Positions 26,296-38,629 of a DNA stretch of 64,000 bases are shown piece by piece (the stretch's first letter is position 1; each line of letters begins with the position of its first letter). The stretch comes from Chiloscyllium plagiosum (lineage: Eukaryota): positions 22,860,952 through 22,924,951 of the forward strand of contig NC_057718.1 of assembly GCF_004010195.1 (NCBI RefSeq), read 5' to 3'. The position numbers were made by a program, and so were the translations under genes. Below the pieces are notes generated by a model. That model saw only the letters and a program-made list of their open reading frames with translations. It made no database searches and was not told where the DNA came from.

Positions 26296-27547
26296 TTAAA
26301 TTAGAGGAATTAGGAATGCACAACTTCTCTTTATGCGTTGGAAATCACTTCTCACCAACTTGAGTTTTTTGAAGAGGTAACAAAGAGGATTGATGAGGCC
26401 AGAGCAGTGGACGTGATCTATATGGACTTCAGTAAGACACTTGACAAGGTTCGTCATGGGAGAGTGGACAGCAAGGTTAGAGCACACGGAATAGAAGGAA
26501 AACTATCCATTTGAATATAGAACTGGCTCAAAGGTAGAAGACAGAGGGTTGTGGTGGAGGGTTGCTTTTCAGACTGGAGGCCCGTGACCAGTGCCACAAG
26601 GATTGGTGCTGGGTCCACTACTTTTCGTCATTTATATAAATGGTTAATAAGTTTGCAAATGACATCAAAATTTGAAGTGTAGAGGACAGCGAAGAAGGTT
26701 ACACCAGATTCCAGTGAGATATTGATCAGATGAGCTGAGGAGTGGCAGATGGAGTTTATGTTAGATACATGTAAGTTGCTGCATTTTGGAAAGGCAAATC
26801 AGGGCAGGACATAAACACTTAATGGTAAGGTCCTGGGGAGTGTTGCTGAACAAAGAGACCTTGGAGTGCAGGTTCATAACTCCTTGAAAGTGGAGTCGCA
26901 GGTAGATAGGATAGTGAAGAAGGTGTTTGGTATGCTTTCCTTTATTGGTCAGACCATTGAGTATTGACATTGGGAGATCATGTTGCAGCTGTACAGGTCA
27001 TTGGTTAGACCACTTTTGAAATATTGTGTGCAATTCTGGCCTCCCTGCTATGGGAAGGGTGTTGTGAAACTGGAAAAGCTTCAGAAACGATTTACAAGGA
27101 TGTTGCCAGGGTTAGAGGATTTGAACTATAGCGAGAGCCTGAATAGGCTGGGGCTGTTTTCCTGGAGCGTTGGAGGCTGAGAGGTGACCTTATAGAGGTT
27201 TGTAAAATCATGAGGGGCATGGATAGAGTGAATGGACAAGGTGTTTTCTCTAAGGTGGATGAGTCCAGAATTAGAGGGCATAGGTTTAAGGCGAGAAGGG
27301 AACATTTACAAGGGACCGAAGAGGCAGAATGTGGTCCGTGTATGGGATGAGCTGCCAGAGGATGTGATGGAAGCTGGTACAATTACAACACTCAAAAGCC
27401 ATCTGGATAGGTCCATGAATAGGAAGGGTTTAGAGGGATGTGGACCAAATTCTGGCCAATGGGACTTGATTAGGTTAAGGTCTCTGGTTGGCATGGATGA
27501 GTTGGACCGAAAGGTCTGTTCTATGCTGTATATCCCTATGACTCTAA
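26296..27547 (+). mobile_element. CR1/HER1 LINE RT and 3' end
   Basis: AVDVIYMDFSK, VLGPLLFVIY, LYRSLVRPLLKYCVQFW and VRVWDELP motifs. Ends ctatgactcta. Confidence 0.93.
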
Positions 27548-28152
27548 GAGAGTGCTAAAAGAAAAATCCAGATAATTATACAAACAGATAATCAGGATCA
27601 GGCCAGTGGACCCCTCTATTCTGTTCCACTGTGCTCTCAGGTCGAGGCTGATCTAGATCTCAACTTCATTTATTCTTTGATCCACATCACTTGATTCCGT
27701 TGCCTAATAAACATCCAGCCATCACAGCCTTGGAAATTTTAATTGATCCAGCAACTACAGGGAGGCAATGGTCTCATAGCAGTATTACTTGCTTTCCTGA
27801 CAGACCAAAGTATTGTCTATCTCAGGCTTAGAAATATTTAGTGATGGGGTACCCACAACTCTCTGGCCTAGAGCCTTAGTAAGATTTACAATTCTTTGAA
27901 TTACAAAATCTAAACTAATTTCAGTCCAAGGTGATCAGCGCATTATCCTCAAATTCCATGTTCTCGGCTTCCATAATCAGACCATAAGGCATAATAGAAA
28001 AAAGTAGGCCATTCATCCTGCTTGAGTCTACTCTGCCATTCAGTGAGATCACGATTACTCTGATAATACACAACTCCACTTTCTTACCTTTTACCTATAA
28101 CCCTTGATTCCCTTACTGATTAAAATTTTGTCTGTCTCAGCCTTGAATATAC

Positions 28153-28669
28153 TTAAAAATCACACAACACCAGGTTATAGTCCAACAGGTTTATTTGGAA
28201 GCACTAGCTTTTGGAGTGCTCCCCTTCATCAGGAGGTTGTGGAGTATAAGATCACAAGACACAGAATTTATAGTAGAAGATTACAGTGTCATATAGAGAT
28301 ATATTGAACAAACCTGGATTGTTAAATCTTTCATCTTTTAGAATGGGTTGCAAATTTCGATTCATTAATATGTAAATCCCAGAACTTCACCTTCTTGAGA
28401 TAACTTAAGACTTTATAACAGAAGGTGAGATCTCAGCTCAGACAATGCACTAAAGGTGTGAGGTCAGAGTCTGTCTTTATCCCAATCTTGAGTCAGACTG
28501 GTTCTATTTCCAAAGTGGAATTTACAAAATATTACATGGATTGACTGCCTGCATTGACTGCCAGCAGAGCGTGTATTTTTTGTGCAAAATATAATGTATC
28601 TGCCAATATAATTCTGTAAATACAAATTCACCCCATATATTTATATGTGCGTGAGTATGCATGGCAAAC

Positions 28670-28700
<31 letters not shown>

Positions 28701-29857
28701 GTATTCATGTGAGTGTGTGCATGTGACTGTGAGTACACATGGGAGAGTGTGTGTTTCATGTCTGTGAAAGCTTGGTAAAGTGTGTATGTGTGGGTGTTAT
28801 GCAGTATAAATCTGTGAGAGGGTGCGCGTGGGTGTGAGTGTGGGGCCTGTATGTATTTGCATGTGTTTATGAGAGGGTCTGTGTAAGTGTGTGTGTATGT
28901 AAGTGTGTGTGTGTATGTGTGCTTGTGTGTGTGTGTGAGAGCGTGTATAGTGTAGTGGAGTCACCTATAGTGTGACATGAACCCAAAATCCCGTTTGAGG
29001 CCATCCTCATGGGTATCGATATGACTAACAGGCTCCACTCAGCCACTTTGCGCTGTTGCCTGTCCCGAAGTCCGCCTTGGAGGACGGTCAACCGAAGATC
29101 CGAGGCTGAATGTCCCGGACTGCTGAAGTGTTCCCTGACTGGGAGGGAACACCCCGGCCTGGTGATTGTTGTGCGGTGTCCATTCATCCGTTATCGTAGG
29201 CTCTGCTTAGTCTCACCAATGTACCATGCTTCAGGGTATCCTTGCCTGCAGTGTATGAAATAGACAATGTTGTCTGAGTCACATGATTATCTGCTGCGTA
29301 AATAGTGGTTGTGTCCCCACAGGTATCCGTGTCGACACCCTGACATGACTTGCAGTGGTTGACATGACAGGGTTGTGTGGTGTTGTGGTTGATGTTGTCC
29401 TGAAGACTGGGCAGTTTGCTGCAAACAATTGCCTGTTTAAGGTTTGGTGGTTGTTTAAAGGCAAGAAGGGGAGGCATAGGGAAGGTCTTAGTGAGGCCTT
29501 CTCACACCTTTAATGCATTGTTTGAGCTGAGATATCACCTTTTGTTCTAAAACCTTAAGTTATCTCAAGAAGGTGACTTAAAAGAAATTCTGGGGTTTAC
29601 GTATTAATGAACCAAAGCTTGCAATCCATTCTAAAAGATGAAAGACTTTACAATCCAGATTTGTTCAATACATCATTGTATGACACTGTAATCTTCTACT
29701 ATAAATTGTGTGTCTTATGATCTTATACTCCACAGCTACTTGATGAAGGAGCAGTGCTCCAAAAGCTAGTGCTTCCAAATAAACCTGTTGGACTATAACC
29801 TGGTGTTGTATGATTTTTAACTTTGTCCACCCCAATCCAACACTGGCTCCTCCACAT
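28153..29857 (-). mobile_element. 5'-truncated Penelope-like element (family C) with GIY-YIG domain and inverted terminal repeats
   Basis: Minus strand gives PPLLAFKQPPNLKQ, NIVYFIHCRQGYPEAWYIGET and MNGHRTTI...VREHFSSPGHSASDL. 28153-28462 is inverted at about 29500-29820. GA/GT-rich tract at 28668-28945. Flanks cttgaatatacttaa (28142-28156) and cttgaatagatttaa (29858-29872). Confidence 0.92.
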
Positions 29858-29899
29858 CTTGAATAGATTTAATAACCCAACCTGCCGATTGCAGGTTAC

Positions 29900-30385
29900 A
29901 TTCCTCAGACTGCTTCACTGAGTAGCCGAATGCAAGATTTTTTCTGGTACTGTTTCACTGAAATATGACTAGTTAGACTTCCCAGAGTATTTCACTGTGA
30001 TACTGCCTGTAGGACACTCTTCCCAGAGTGCTTCACTGCAATACTGCCTACAGGACACTCTTCCCAGAGTGCTTCACTGCGATACTGCTGACAGGACACT
30101 CTTCTCAGAGTGCTTCACTGTGATACTGCCTGCAGGACACTCTTCCCAGAGTGCTTCACTGCAATACTACCTACAGGACACTCTTCCCAGAGTGCTTCAC
30201 TGCGATACTACCTACAGGACACTCTTTCCAGAGTGCTTCACTGCGATACTGCCGACAGGACACTCTTCCCAGAGTGCTTCACTGCGATATTGCCGACAGG
30301 ACACTCTTTTCAGACTGTTCCACTATGAAGGTGACTGCTGAGCACTCTTTTGTAGCGTCTTTACTGTGATGGTGCTGCAGAGCAT
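29900..30385. repeat. 41-bp minisatellite
   Basis: Unit cttcccagagtgcttcactgcgatactgcctacaggacact starts at 29978, 30019, 30060, 30101, 30142, 30183, 30224, 30265 and 30306, with decayed units on both flanks. Confidence 0.95.
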
Positions 30386-30825
30386 AATTTGCAACTATTG
30401 TTTTTTCTGGTAAGCGGATAAATCCTTATTGAAATCCCAGTTTAAATAATTGAGCGATGAGAAGTGCTCAGTGTGTCTGTCAGTTCAATAGCAAACAGGG
30501 AACAATCAAAAACATACTGTTGGAATGTCCCCAAAATTCCATTTCATAATTTCAGGCATTACGTACCACCTAACAGAACTTCATCTGTTTAGACAGTGTT
30601 TAGAACTGAGTTATCCACGTTTGTGTATATCCAATACAGAGAACCAAACCATTAAGATTGCTTAGCAGTTGGGGTCTACACAAACATGACACATCAGCAT
30701 TGACAGCGAAGGAGCTAAAGGTTCTCCAAAATATATGGACAAAAGATATTAAAAGATCAATCCAGAGTGAGATTAAATTTCTATATTAATCAACTAGAAC
30801 ACATGTCTTTTAAACACAAGCCGAC

Positions 30826-31051
30826 TGTAGTGATTGGAAATGTGGCCAGGTGGATCCCATTGACTATGAGATTCTTGATTGGGGTTGTTAGTCTGTGGCA
30901 ATCAGGGAGCCCTGGCTGACAGATATAAACAGAAGATTCAGATGGTTTCCTTACTCTAGGGACTAGCTTGGAGCTGGTTGGTCAGAGCCCATGCACATGT
31001 AAATGAAGGGTGACTTGGTGATGGGATACTGGTCTCTGTGCAGTTATTTCA
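30826..31051 (+). mobile_element. Solo LTR (~226 bp, probably Gypsy-type)
   Basis: TG...CA ends, inverted CCAAT (gattgg), TATA-like gatataaa. Homologous to 52465-53169 and 58880-59082. Confidence 0.75.
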
Positions 31052-31094
31052 GTGCTGACAAGATAAATCAATAGATGCCTGAAGGAAGGGTGGG

Positions 31095-32144
31095 CACCAA
31101 AATTGGTGATGTAGTAGATAGTGAAGAAGGTTATCTAAGATTACAAAGATATTTTCGTCAATTATGCCAGTGAGCCGAGGATTAGCAAATGGAGCTTATC
31201 TTCATTACTCAAACCATTGAATACAAGAGTTGGGATGTCGTGTTGATGTTGTGCTGGATGTTGGTGAGGCCTCTTCTGGAGTACTGTTTTCTGTTCTGGT
31301 CATTCTGTTATAGGAGGGATATCATTAAAATGGAATGGGTTCAGAAAAGATTTACCAGGATGTTGCTGGGAATGGAGGGTTTGACATATAAGAATATACT
31401 GAAAAGACTAGGACTTTTTTCACTGGAGTGTAGGTGGTTGAGAGGTGACCTTATAGAGGTTTATAAAATCATGAGGGGGATAAATAAGGTGAATAGCAAA
31501 GGTTTTTTTTTCCCCTAGGTAGGGGAGTTCAAAACTAGAGGGCATAATTTTAGGGTGAAAGACCTAAAATGGGCCTGAGGGACACCATTTTCACACAGAG
31601 GATGGTTCACATAGATATAGAATCCCTACAGTGTGGAAGCAGGCCCTCCGGCCAAACAAGTCCACACCAATCCTCTAAAGAGTAACACGCCCAGACACAT
31701 TCCCCGACATTTACCCCAGACTAATACACCTAACCTACACATCCCTGAACAACTTAGCATGGCCAATTCACCTAACCTGCACATCTTTGGATTGTGGAAG
31801 GAAACCAGAGCACCTGGAGAAAACCCACGCAGACACAGGGAGAACATGCAAACACCACACAGACAGTTGCCCAAGGCTGGAATTGAACCTAGGTCCCTGG
31901 CGATGTGAGGCAACAGTGCTAACCACTGAGCTACCCCGCCACCTCATATGTGGGATGCTCAACCAGAGGAAGTGGTAGATTAAGGTAAAATTACAACATT
32001 TAAAAACATTTTGACAGTATATGAATAGGAAAAGCTTGGAGGGATAAAACAGGCAAATGGAACTAGTTTAGTTTGGAAAAACTGGTCAGCATTGACGAGT
32101 TTGATCGAAACATCTGTCACTGTGCTGCCTGACTCTATGACTCT
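31095..32144 (+). mobile_element. CR1/HER1 LINE fragment split by a SINE
   Basis: ORF 31189-31518 (LVRPLLEYC...VQKRFTRML...LRGDLIEVYKIM). Tail gactctatgactcta. Confidence 0.9.
31612..31940 (-). mobile_element. HE1-type SINE
   Basis: Reverse-strand head, core and tail as in other copies. Confidence 0.92.
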
Positions 32145-33185
32145 AGGAAAGAGAAAGAATATGCACAGAATGCACCATAAGTTCTATATTATTGAAAGAT
32201 TACTAGTTGCAGGAAAATCTGGAGAAGCTCACTGACAAAACAGATCAAGTTCAGTAGGAGCGGTTATAGAGACATTAGCTTGAGCTCAAAGAAAGGCTGG
32301 AGAAAATGACAGACCTGCAAACACAGGTGGAGATGCACAGTGCACACAATGAGGAATCGCAAAGCAATCATGAGACAGACCTCTCAGCAATAAACACCAG
32401 TAATGATAATCTACTGGAGGAACTTAGCAGGACATAAAGAAAGGCCAAATAACCACCAAAGTAAAATGTGGAAGAGGCCCAGGCTTCTGAAAAAACAATA
32501 ATAAAAAGAAGTTAAGAGGCTGGCTGGAAGATCAGATTATGAAGGAGAAAATATGTTGGACCAGTTGAAGGATAAAACTTCTGAAAGAGTTAGGATGTAA
32601 AACCAAAAGGTTTAAATTGAACTGGAAGCTCCTTTGAAACAAAACAATAACAACAAGAAGATTTGAACTACTCGATACAGCTTGATGAGCAAGATCAGTC
32701 AGTAGCTAGTCAAAAAAGAAACTTGCTTGTCATGTGTCAGAATTATCAGTATCTGGAATACGAGCTGCAGTTCCTGCCAAAGGAAATTGGCAACAAACAG
32801 GAACAACAGACAGTATCTCTGATGTCTGGAAATTGATAGCATCTCCGAGATAAAACCATAGTTATGAGATGTGGATATATCAGCAAATTACCTAAATGTT
32901 ATAGACACTCTAGACTCACTTGCTATTGTAAATAGTTAATCTTTCTGTTGTCTGGAAGGGGAATGTTTTGTGTATACCTTTTCTTTGGAGAGTTCACATT
33001 TAAAGTGCTGTCTGTGTACACAGTTATTACTCTGCCTGGTTGTTAGGCTTTGGGTTTGCAAGCTGTGCACACCGAAATCAATTGCTATGTGCTCATGTCT
33101 GATTCATAACGTATTTACAGATTTAAGTAAACAAAGCCAGGGAGTTAAATCATCCCTGACTAGCAATTGGCTATGAGACCATTTA

Positions 33186-33290
33186 GAGTCTAGATTAGAG
33201 TGGTGCTGGAAAAGCACAGCAGGTCAGGCAGCATCTGAGGAGCAGGAAAATCGACGTTGGGGGCAAAAGCCCTTCATCAGGCCCTTCACC
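33186..33290 (-). mobile_element. Solo PLE terminus (family A-like) with 10-bp TSD
   Basis: TSD agaccattta at 33176-33185 and 33291-33300. Minus strand ctgatga-a-gggc-tttt-gccc-ccaa-cgtc (GAAA mutated). Confidence 0.85.
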
Positions 33291-34584
33291 AGACCATTTA
33301 CATTATTATTACAAGCTGTGCCTCCTCTAATGCTCAGTTAGGCTTCCTTATGTATAGAGACCAAAACTGTACAAAGTTCATTACATGTGGTCTCATCATA
33401 GCCTTGTGCAATTTCTTGCTGTAACTGCACATTAACCTTCTGCGTTCCTTATAGGAATATACCCAAATCCCTTTGAACATTAATATTTGCAAGTTTCATG
33501 CCTTTTAAAGAGTATTCTACTTTTCTGTTTTCATGACCAAAGTGAATAACTTCATATTTCTTTAACTTTCATGAAAGTCAGGTCGCTAACCAATTACTGT
33601 TCCTAATTACTTGCTACTAACTCTATTGTGACAAGATTTCTTTGAGAGTTTGTTAGCTATTGTTGCACACCATCAGTCCATGGTCCCAATTACTGGAGCA
33701 ATCCTTCCCCATGGCATTTCAAAGGATAACTATGATTTTTTAAAAATTGCCAAAGTTGAAACAATCACCCCAAGTTCAGTAGATGACGTCTCTTAAGAGA
33801 AGTTTTGTTTTTGACACAGTACAGAAAAGCTCAAATTTAGGAATAGTGAGAACGTTTTTACTCTGACCTCAAGCTTTGAGGAGATTAAGAAGAGATTATA
33901 GAAGATTTGCAGTCTCTGTGTTTACAAACCCAAGAAAGATGATAAACAACTCAACTTTATAGCACTTCAGCAAGAAACTGGGAGTTGAATTCCTCAAAAC
34001 CAAACTACACAGGCCACACAAAATATAAATTCACATGCCTAAACAACGGATACTGCACCTTTTCAGGAAGTAATTGAGCAAAGAACAATGAGAGAATTTG
34101 TGGCATTTATAAGTGTGAAGATGAAAGATAGCATTCCTTCTACTGACACATAATGACATTGAATTTTGTAAGCAGGCCTTTTAATATAAATATTTACCCA
34201 CACACACACCCTACTTTTGGGAATCCTCTTCATTACAAAAGACCAAAGGAACCAAACAATCCCTAATTTGTATTTTCACATGTGCACAAAGTGCTCATGA
34301 AAAATAGAGCCAATTTCCTGAGGACACGTATACATAGCAAGTTCTCATCTGATCTTGCTTGCGCTCAGCAGATTCAAATGGCGAGAAAAAGATTCAGACA
34401 CACACTACAGGCCATGTATAATTGCTCAATAGGTGTTACTTCTGCACAGCAATGTGGGCAACTCTTAATTGCCTTCTGGGAAATTAGGGATGGGCAATAA
34501 ATTGCTGGCTTAGCCAGCAATGCCTTTATCCTATGAAATGATTTTTTTTTTAAATTAAAAGTAACTGAGCAAAGTTAGCAAGGG

Positions 34585-35305
34585 AGATCAATGCGAATTT
34601 TGAGAAGATTTGTAGCTCAGGTTGAGGTTCAGGTTGTAAGTTTGCTCGCTGACCCGGTAGGTTTGTTCTCAGGTGTTTCATCACCACGCTAAGTAACATC
34701 ATCAGTGAGCTTCTGGTGAAGTGCTGGTGCTCTGTCCCACTTTCTATTCATGTGTCTTAGTCTGGTAAGGTGGGTGATATCATTTCCGGTTCTTTTTCTC
34801 AGACGTTGGTAAATAGAGTCCAAATCAATGTGTTTATTGATGGAATTCTGGTTTGAATGCCAGGTTTCGAGGAATTCCTGTGTGTGTCTCTATTTAGCCT
34901 GTCCTAGAATGGATGTGTTGTCCCAGTCAAAGTGGTCTCCTTCTTCTTCTGTGTGTAAGGATACTAGTGAGATCTGGCCATGTCTTTTGGTGGCTAGTTT
35001 CCTGCCTGTCTGTCCAATATAGTGTTTGTTGCAGTCTTTGCAGGGTATTTTGTAAATGACATTCATTTTGCTGGTTGTTGGTATAGGGTCCTTTAGGCTT
35101 ATCAGTAGCTGTTTCAGTGTGTTGGTAGGTCTGTGGGCTACCATGATGCCAAGAGCTCAGAGTACTCTGGAAGTCACCCCCCGAAATGTCTTTGATGTAT
35201 GGTAGTGTGGCTAGAACCTCTGGACATGTTGTGTCTTCTTGTTTGGGTTTGTTGTTTAAGAATCAGTGGGCTGTGTTCATCCGGTACTCATTGTTCTTAA
35301 ATATA
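34585..35305 (-). mobile_element. Penelope/Poseidon-type PLE 3' part (family D) with GIY-YIG and hammerhead motif
   Basis: ORF 34890-35144 has NVIYKIPCKDCNKHYIGQTGRKLATK. Minus strand 34668-34709 reads ctca-ctgatga-t-gttact-tagcgt-ggtgat-gaaa-cacc-tgag. Confidence 0.88.
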
Positions 35306-35309
35306 CTAA

Positions 35310-35551
35310 GGGTCTGGAGTCACATGCAGGCCAGACCAGCTAAGGGTTGTAGTTTCCCTCTCTAAAGGACATTAGTGCACCAGATGGGTTTTTCCAACAT
35401 TCAGCAATGGATTTGGGGTCATCATTAAACTCTTCATTCAAAGTTTATACTGAATTCAAATTTCACCATTTGCCATGGCAAGATTTAAACCTGGATCCCC
35501 AAAACATTACTTGGGTCTCTGCATTAACAGTCTACTAAGCTGTAGCCTCCC
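35310..35551 (-). mobile_element. tRNA-derived SINE, second family
   Basis: Minus strand ggggaggc...ccaggtttaaatc...aaaaacccatctggtgcactaatgtcctttag...catgtgactccagaccc. A more decayed copy lies at about 35955-36365. Confidence 0.7.
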
Positions 35552-36036
35552 CATTTTAATGTTTTACCTGAAAGTCCTCAGGCCCCTATCCCTTGTGAAA
35601 ACATGACTTCTTCTTGTTCATCTTAATGGCTAATGTCTCCAGTGTGCATCATTAAAACTGCCTCTTCCCTGCCCTGGTCTTCTATTCCCATTGTAATGAA
35701 TGGCAATAATTGCATCCTGCAATAGTCTCCTACAATTCAGGGTAGATTCTGTTTAAGAAGAATAGACTACTTTTAACGGCAGCAGGCTGGCTATAACCAA
35801 CGCTCGGCTTGCACACAAGTAGGCGCCTACTGAATAGGCGGCTAGCCAGCGTGTCATCGATATTGAAATTATGGAAATGAGTGTCAGTGTGCAGTTTGTT
35901 TGATGAGTTTTTAATTCTTCCATAAGATACAAGCTTTACTTTCAGGACTAGAATCTGTTGCCCATCAATAATTGTCCCTGAACTGAGTAGATCGGTAAGC
36001 CATTTCAGAGGGCAGATAAGAGTTGATCACATTACG

Positions 36037-36140
36037 GTAAAAACAATGACTGCAGATGCTGGAAACCAGATTCTGGATTAGTGGTGCTGGAAGAGCACAG
36101 CAATTCAGGCAGCATCGAGGAGCTTCAGCAAGCTTTATTC
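36037..36140 (-). mobile_element. Short PLE-terminus insertion with 14-bp TSD
   Basis: TSD ttgatcacattacg at 36023-36036 and 36141-36154. Contains ctgcagatgctgg...gtgctggaagagcacagc. Confidence 0.85.
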
Positions 36141-36481
36141 TTGATCACATTACGATGAGTCTGGAGTTATATTTGGGCAGATGGGGTGGAGCTGACTGAT
36201 TTTCTTCCCTGAAGAATATGGTGAGCTTTTTTGATGATACCGTTACTGAGACATGCTCTATAGCTGAAATTGCTTCACTGAGTTTAAATTCCATCAGCTT
36301 TTGTGGATATAGTCCACAAAATATTAACCCCTGCTGATCCAGGGATATTACCACTGCACCACCAATAGAGCAGAATGCGTTTCTCAAGCTATTCCCGAGC
36401 TTGCAAGTTGAGGTTTGGCAGATAAAGCTGACCATCCCATTTTCATTTATAGGGATTGCAGATGGGACAGTTGATAGTTAC

Positions 36482-36613
36482 AAGGAGAAAGTGAGGACTG
36501 CAGATGCTGGAGGTCAGAGTCGAAGAATGAGGTACTGGAAAAGCATAGCCGGTCATGCAGCATTCGAGGAGCAGGAGAGTTGATGCCTTGAGCATAAGCC
36601 CTTCATCAGAAAT
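36482..36613 (-). mobile_element. Solo PLE terminus (family A) with decayed 14-bp TSD
   Basis: aggagaaagtgaggactgcagatgctgg...gcataagcccttcatcag. Flanks cagttgatagttac and cagctgatacttac. Confidence 0.85.
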
Positions 36614-37296
36614 CAGCTGATACTTACTGTCCTGATCTCTACTGTAAAGATTCAGTTATGCATTGGATTGGCACACCTTCACTTTTCAGAGCAGAGATTT
36701 TCATTGACAGATTTTAACTCCAGCCAGGTTGAATGTGATTGTGATGTGCACTCAATGTAATTCAGAAGGTGTTAATCAATATCATTTGGAAACATATTAT
36801 GAATTGAACATGTGTTGTGTTGAACTCAGAAGCACAGGGTGTCAAACAATGGGAAAAGTAAATTATCCATTCATTAACATTTACCTTAATGAGCATAACT
36901 AATTTACCCTTGATATCTCCTCCCAAAAACATTCCTTATCTGGAGCACTGGGCAACAGCCAAAATCCATCAGAATTGAATCTTCAAAAGTTTGGTAATCA
37001 TAAGCATTTTAGATTAAAATTGCAGATCACCTCAAATAATACCAATTCTCGGATAATACCAGAACATTTTTTATCTTGGAGTTATAGGAGATCTAATAAA
37101 ACTGAAGAAGATACTAGGGTGAATACAATAAATGTTCCTTTTAAGAGTAGAGAATTCATAAGATGCAGTCAGCATGAGTTCAGAACCATTAAGCAATGTC
37201 TTGTAAATCTACTGAAACACTGAGGAAGTGATTGAAGGTATTCAGCCACTTCAATACTCTGTGAAAGTAAGATTGGTAATTGTTTCCATGACTACG

Positions 37297-37528
37297 GGGT
37301 GGCATGGTAACACAATGGTTAGCACTGCTGCCTCCCATCACCAGGAACCTGGGTTTGATTCCAGGTTTGGGCAATGGTGTGGGTTTCCTCTGCGTTTTCT
37401 CCCACAGTCCAAAGATGTGCGGGCTCGGTGGATTAGCCATGGGAAATGTGAGGCTGAGTGGTAAAATCTTTGGAGTGGTCAGTGTGGGCTTGATGGGCTG
37501 AATGGCCTGCTACCACCCTGTAGGGATT
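37297..37528 (+). mobile_element. HE1-related SINE (deleted)
   Basis: Head, core cccacagtccaaagatgtgc and tail are recognisable. Confidence 0.8.
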
Positions 37529-37692
37529 TTATAACTAAATGTACAAATAACACTATAATTACCAAATGGCAATAATTTCTCATTATATTTGCAGCCTGGT
37601 TAAAAAAAAAGTTCCAGTAGTTAGTATTAATGTCATTCTGCATCAATGAAGACAGGGCAGTTTTATTTATCGGCGCATCTCTCTTGCACATT

Positions 37693-38215
37693 GGCAGAGA
37701 GCAGAGTTAACATTTCTAGTCCAGTTGTCCTTCATCAGAACTGATAGCGGCCAGGAAAAAGTGGTATTTATGCTGAAGACAAAGTTGGGGGAGGGGTGGG
37801 GGAAAGGGAGAGGTGAGAGGGTAGGTGGAGATGGAGCCCAGAAAGAGAAAAGGGTAGGTCAATGAGGGGATAAGGGATGACATGACTAGACATCAAATCC
37901 TAGACTCTGCAGGGACCCCAAATAGAACACGTGTTGCTGTCCCCTCATTTTCCTATCCCTTCCATTTCTCTCTCTCTGCCTGGACTCCATCTCTACCTTT
38001 CCACTCACTTCTCCTTCCCCCCGCCCTTCCCCAACATTGTCTCAATAAATAGCATAAATATCACTTTTTTTGTATCTGCTATCAGTTCTGATGAAGAATC
38101 ATTAGATTTGAAACATTAACTCTGCTTTTCCACAGATTCAACCAAACCTGTTGAACCTTGCCAGCAATTTCTGTTTTTGTTTCAGACCTCCAACATCTGC
38201 AGTTCTTTGCTTTAT
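37693..38215. mobile_element. Inverted pair of PLE 3' ends (family B), each with a hammerhead motif
   Basis: Minus 37705-37742 reads agtt-ctgatga...gaaa-tgtt-aact. Plus 38084-38121 reads agtt-ctgatga-a-gaatc-atta-gattt-gaaa-catt-aact. Confidence 0.82.
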
Positions 38216-38629
38216 TGTCTTGAGAATGAAGATTTGCATTGGTGCACTTGGTATTAATCATTGCGCATAATGTTATGCAGTGTGCCAAAAACTATTCAAC
38301 TGTGGAAGGAAGTCTCATGCCCTCAGCCAATCACTCCATCGATTCACCTTCTGCACAAGTTGATTTATTGCAGCTAACAGCAGGAAGAATGACTATTATG
38401 GTTTTGCTCGTCTTGTTCAAAATTTCAATTTATAGTGACACATGCTCTTGGCAAGAATATTAACAAATGGATACCCACAGAGATAACATTAAACTGAGGC
38501 AAAATTATAAAAGTAGTTGATACGAGAGTAATTCTGATGCTGTATTTAAGTTTTGGTCTTCTCATGGCAATATGTGTCAGGCTTGTTTCATCTTGTAGCA
38601 TTCTGGCCATTGTTCATTGTTCATGCTCC

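Larger units (their letters stand above)
30743..32860 (+). pseudogene. Decayed coiled-coil-like coding remnant interrupted by LTR, CR1 and SINE insertions
   Basis: From 32147 one frame reads ERERICTECTISSILLKDY*LQENLEKLTDKTDQVQ*ERL*RH*LELKERLEKMTDLQTQVEM...NDNLLEELSRT*. Later IQLDEQDQ...NYQYLEYELQFLPKEIGNKQEQQ. Confidence 0.4.

Noticed and set aside
29978-30330. CRISPR-like array or repeat protein (ORFs 29997, 30110, 30151)
   Set aside because: Units are contiguous with no unique spacers, there are no cas genes and the context is eukaryotic. The 41-bp period is not a multiple of 3, so the ORFs are by-products.
30821-31056. TSD around the solo LTR at 30826 (and at 58880)
   Set aside because: Flanks ccgac/gtgct and gcaat/atgat do not match. 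Only the 52465 copy has a clear 5-bp TSD.
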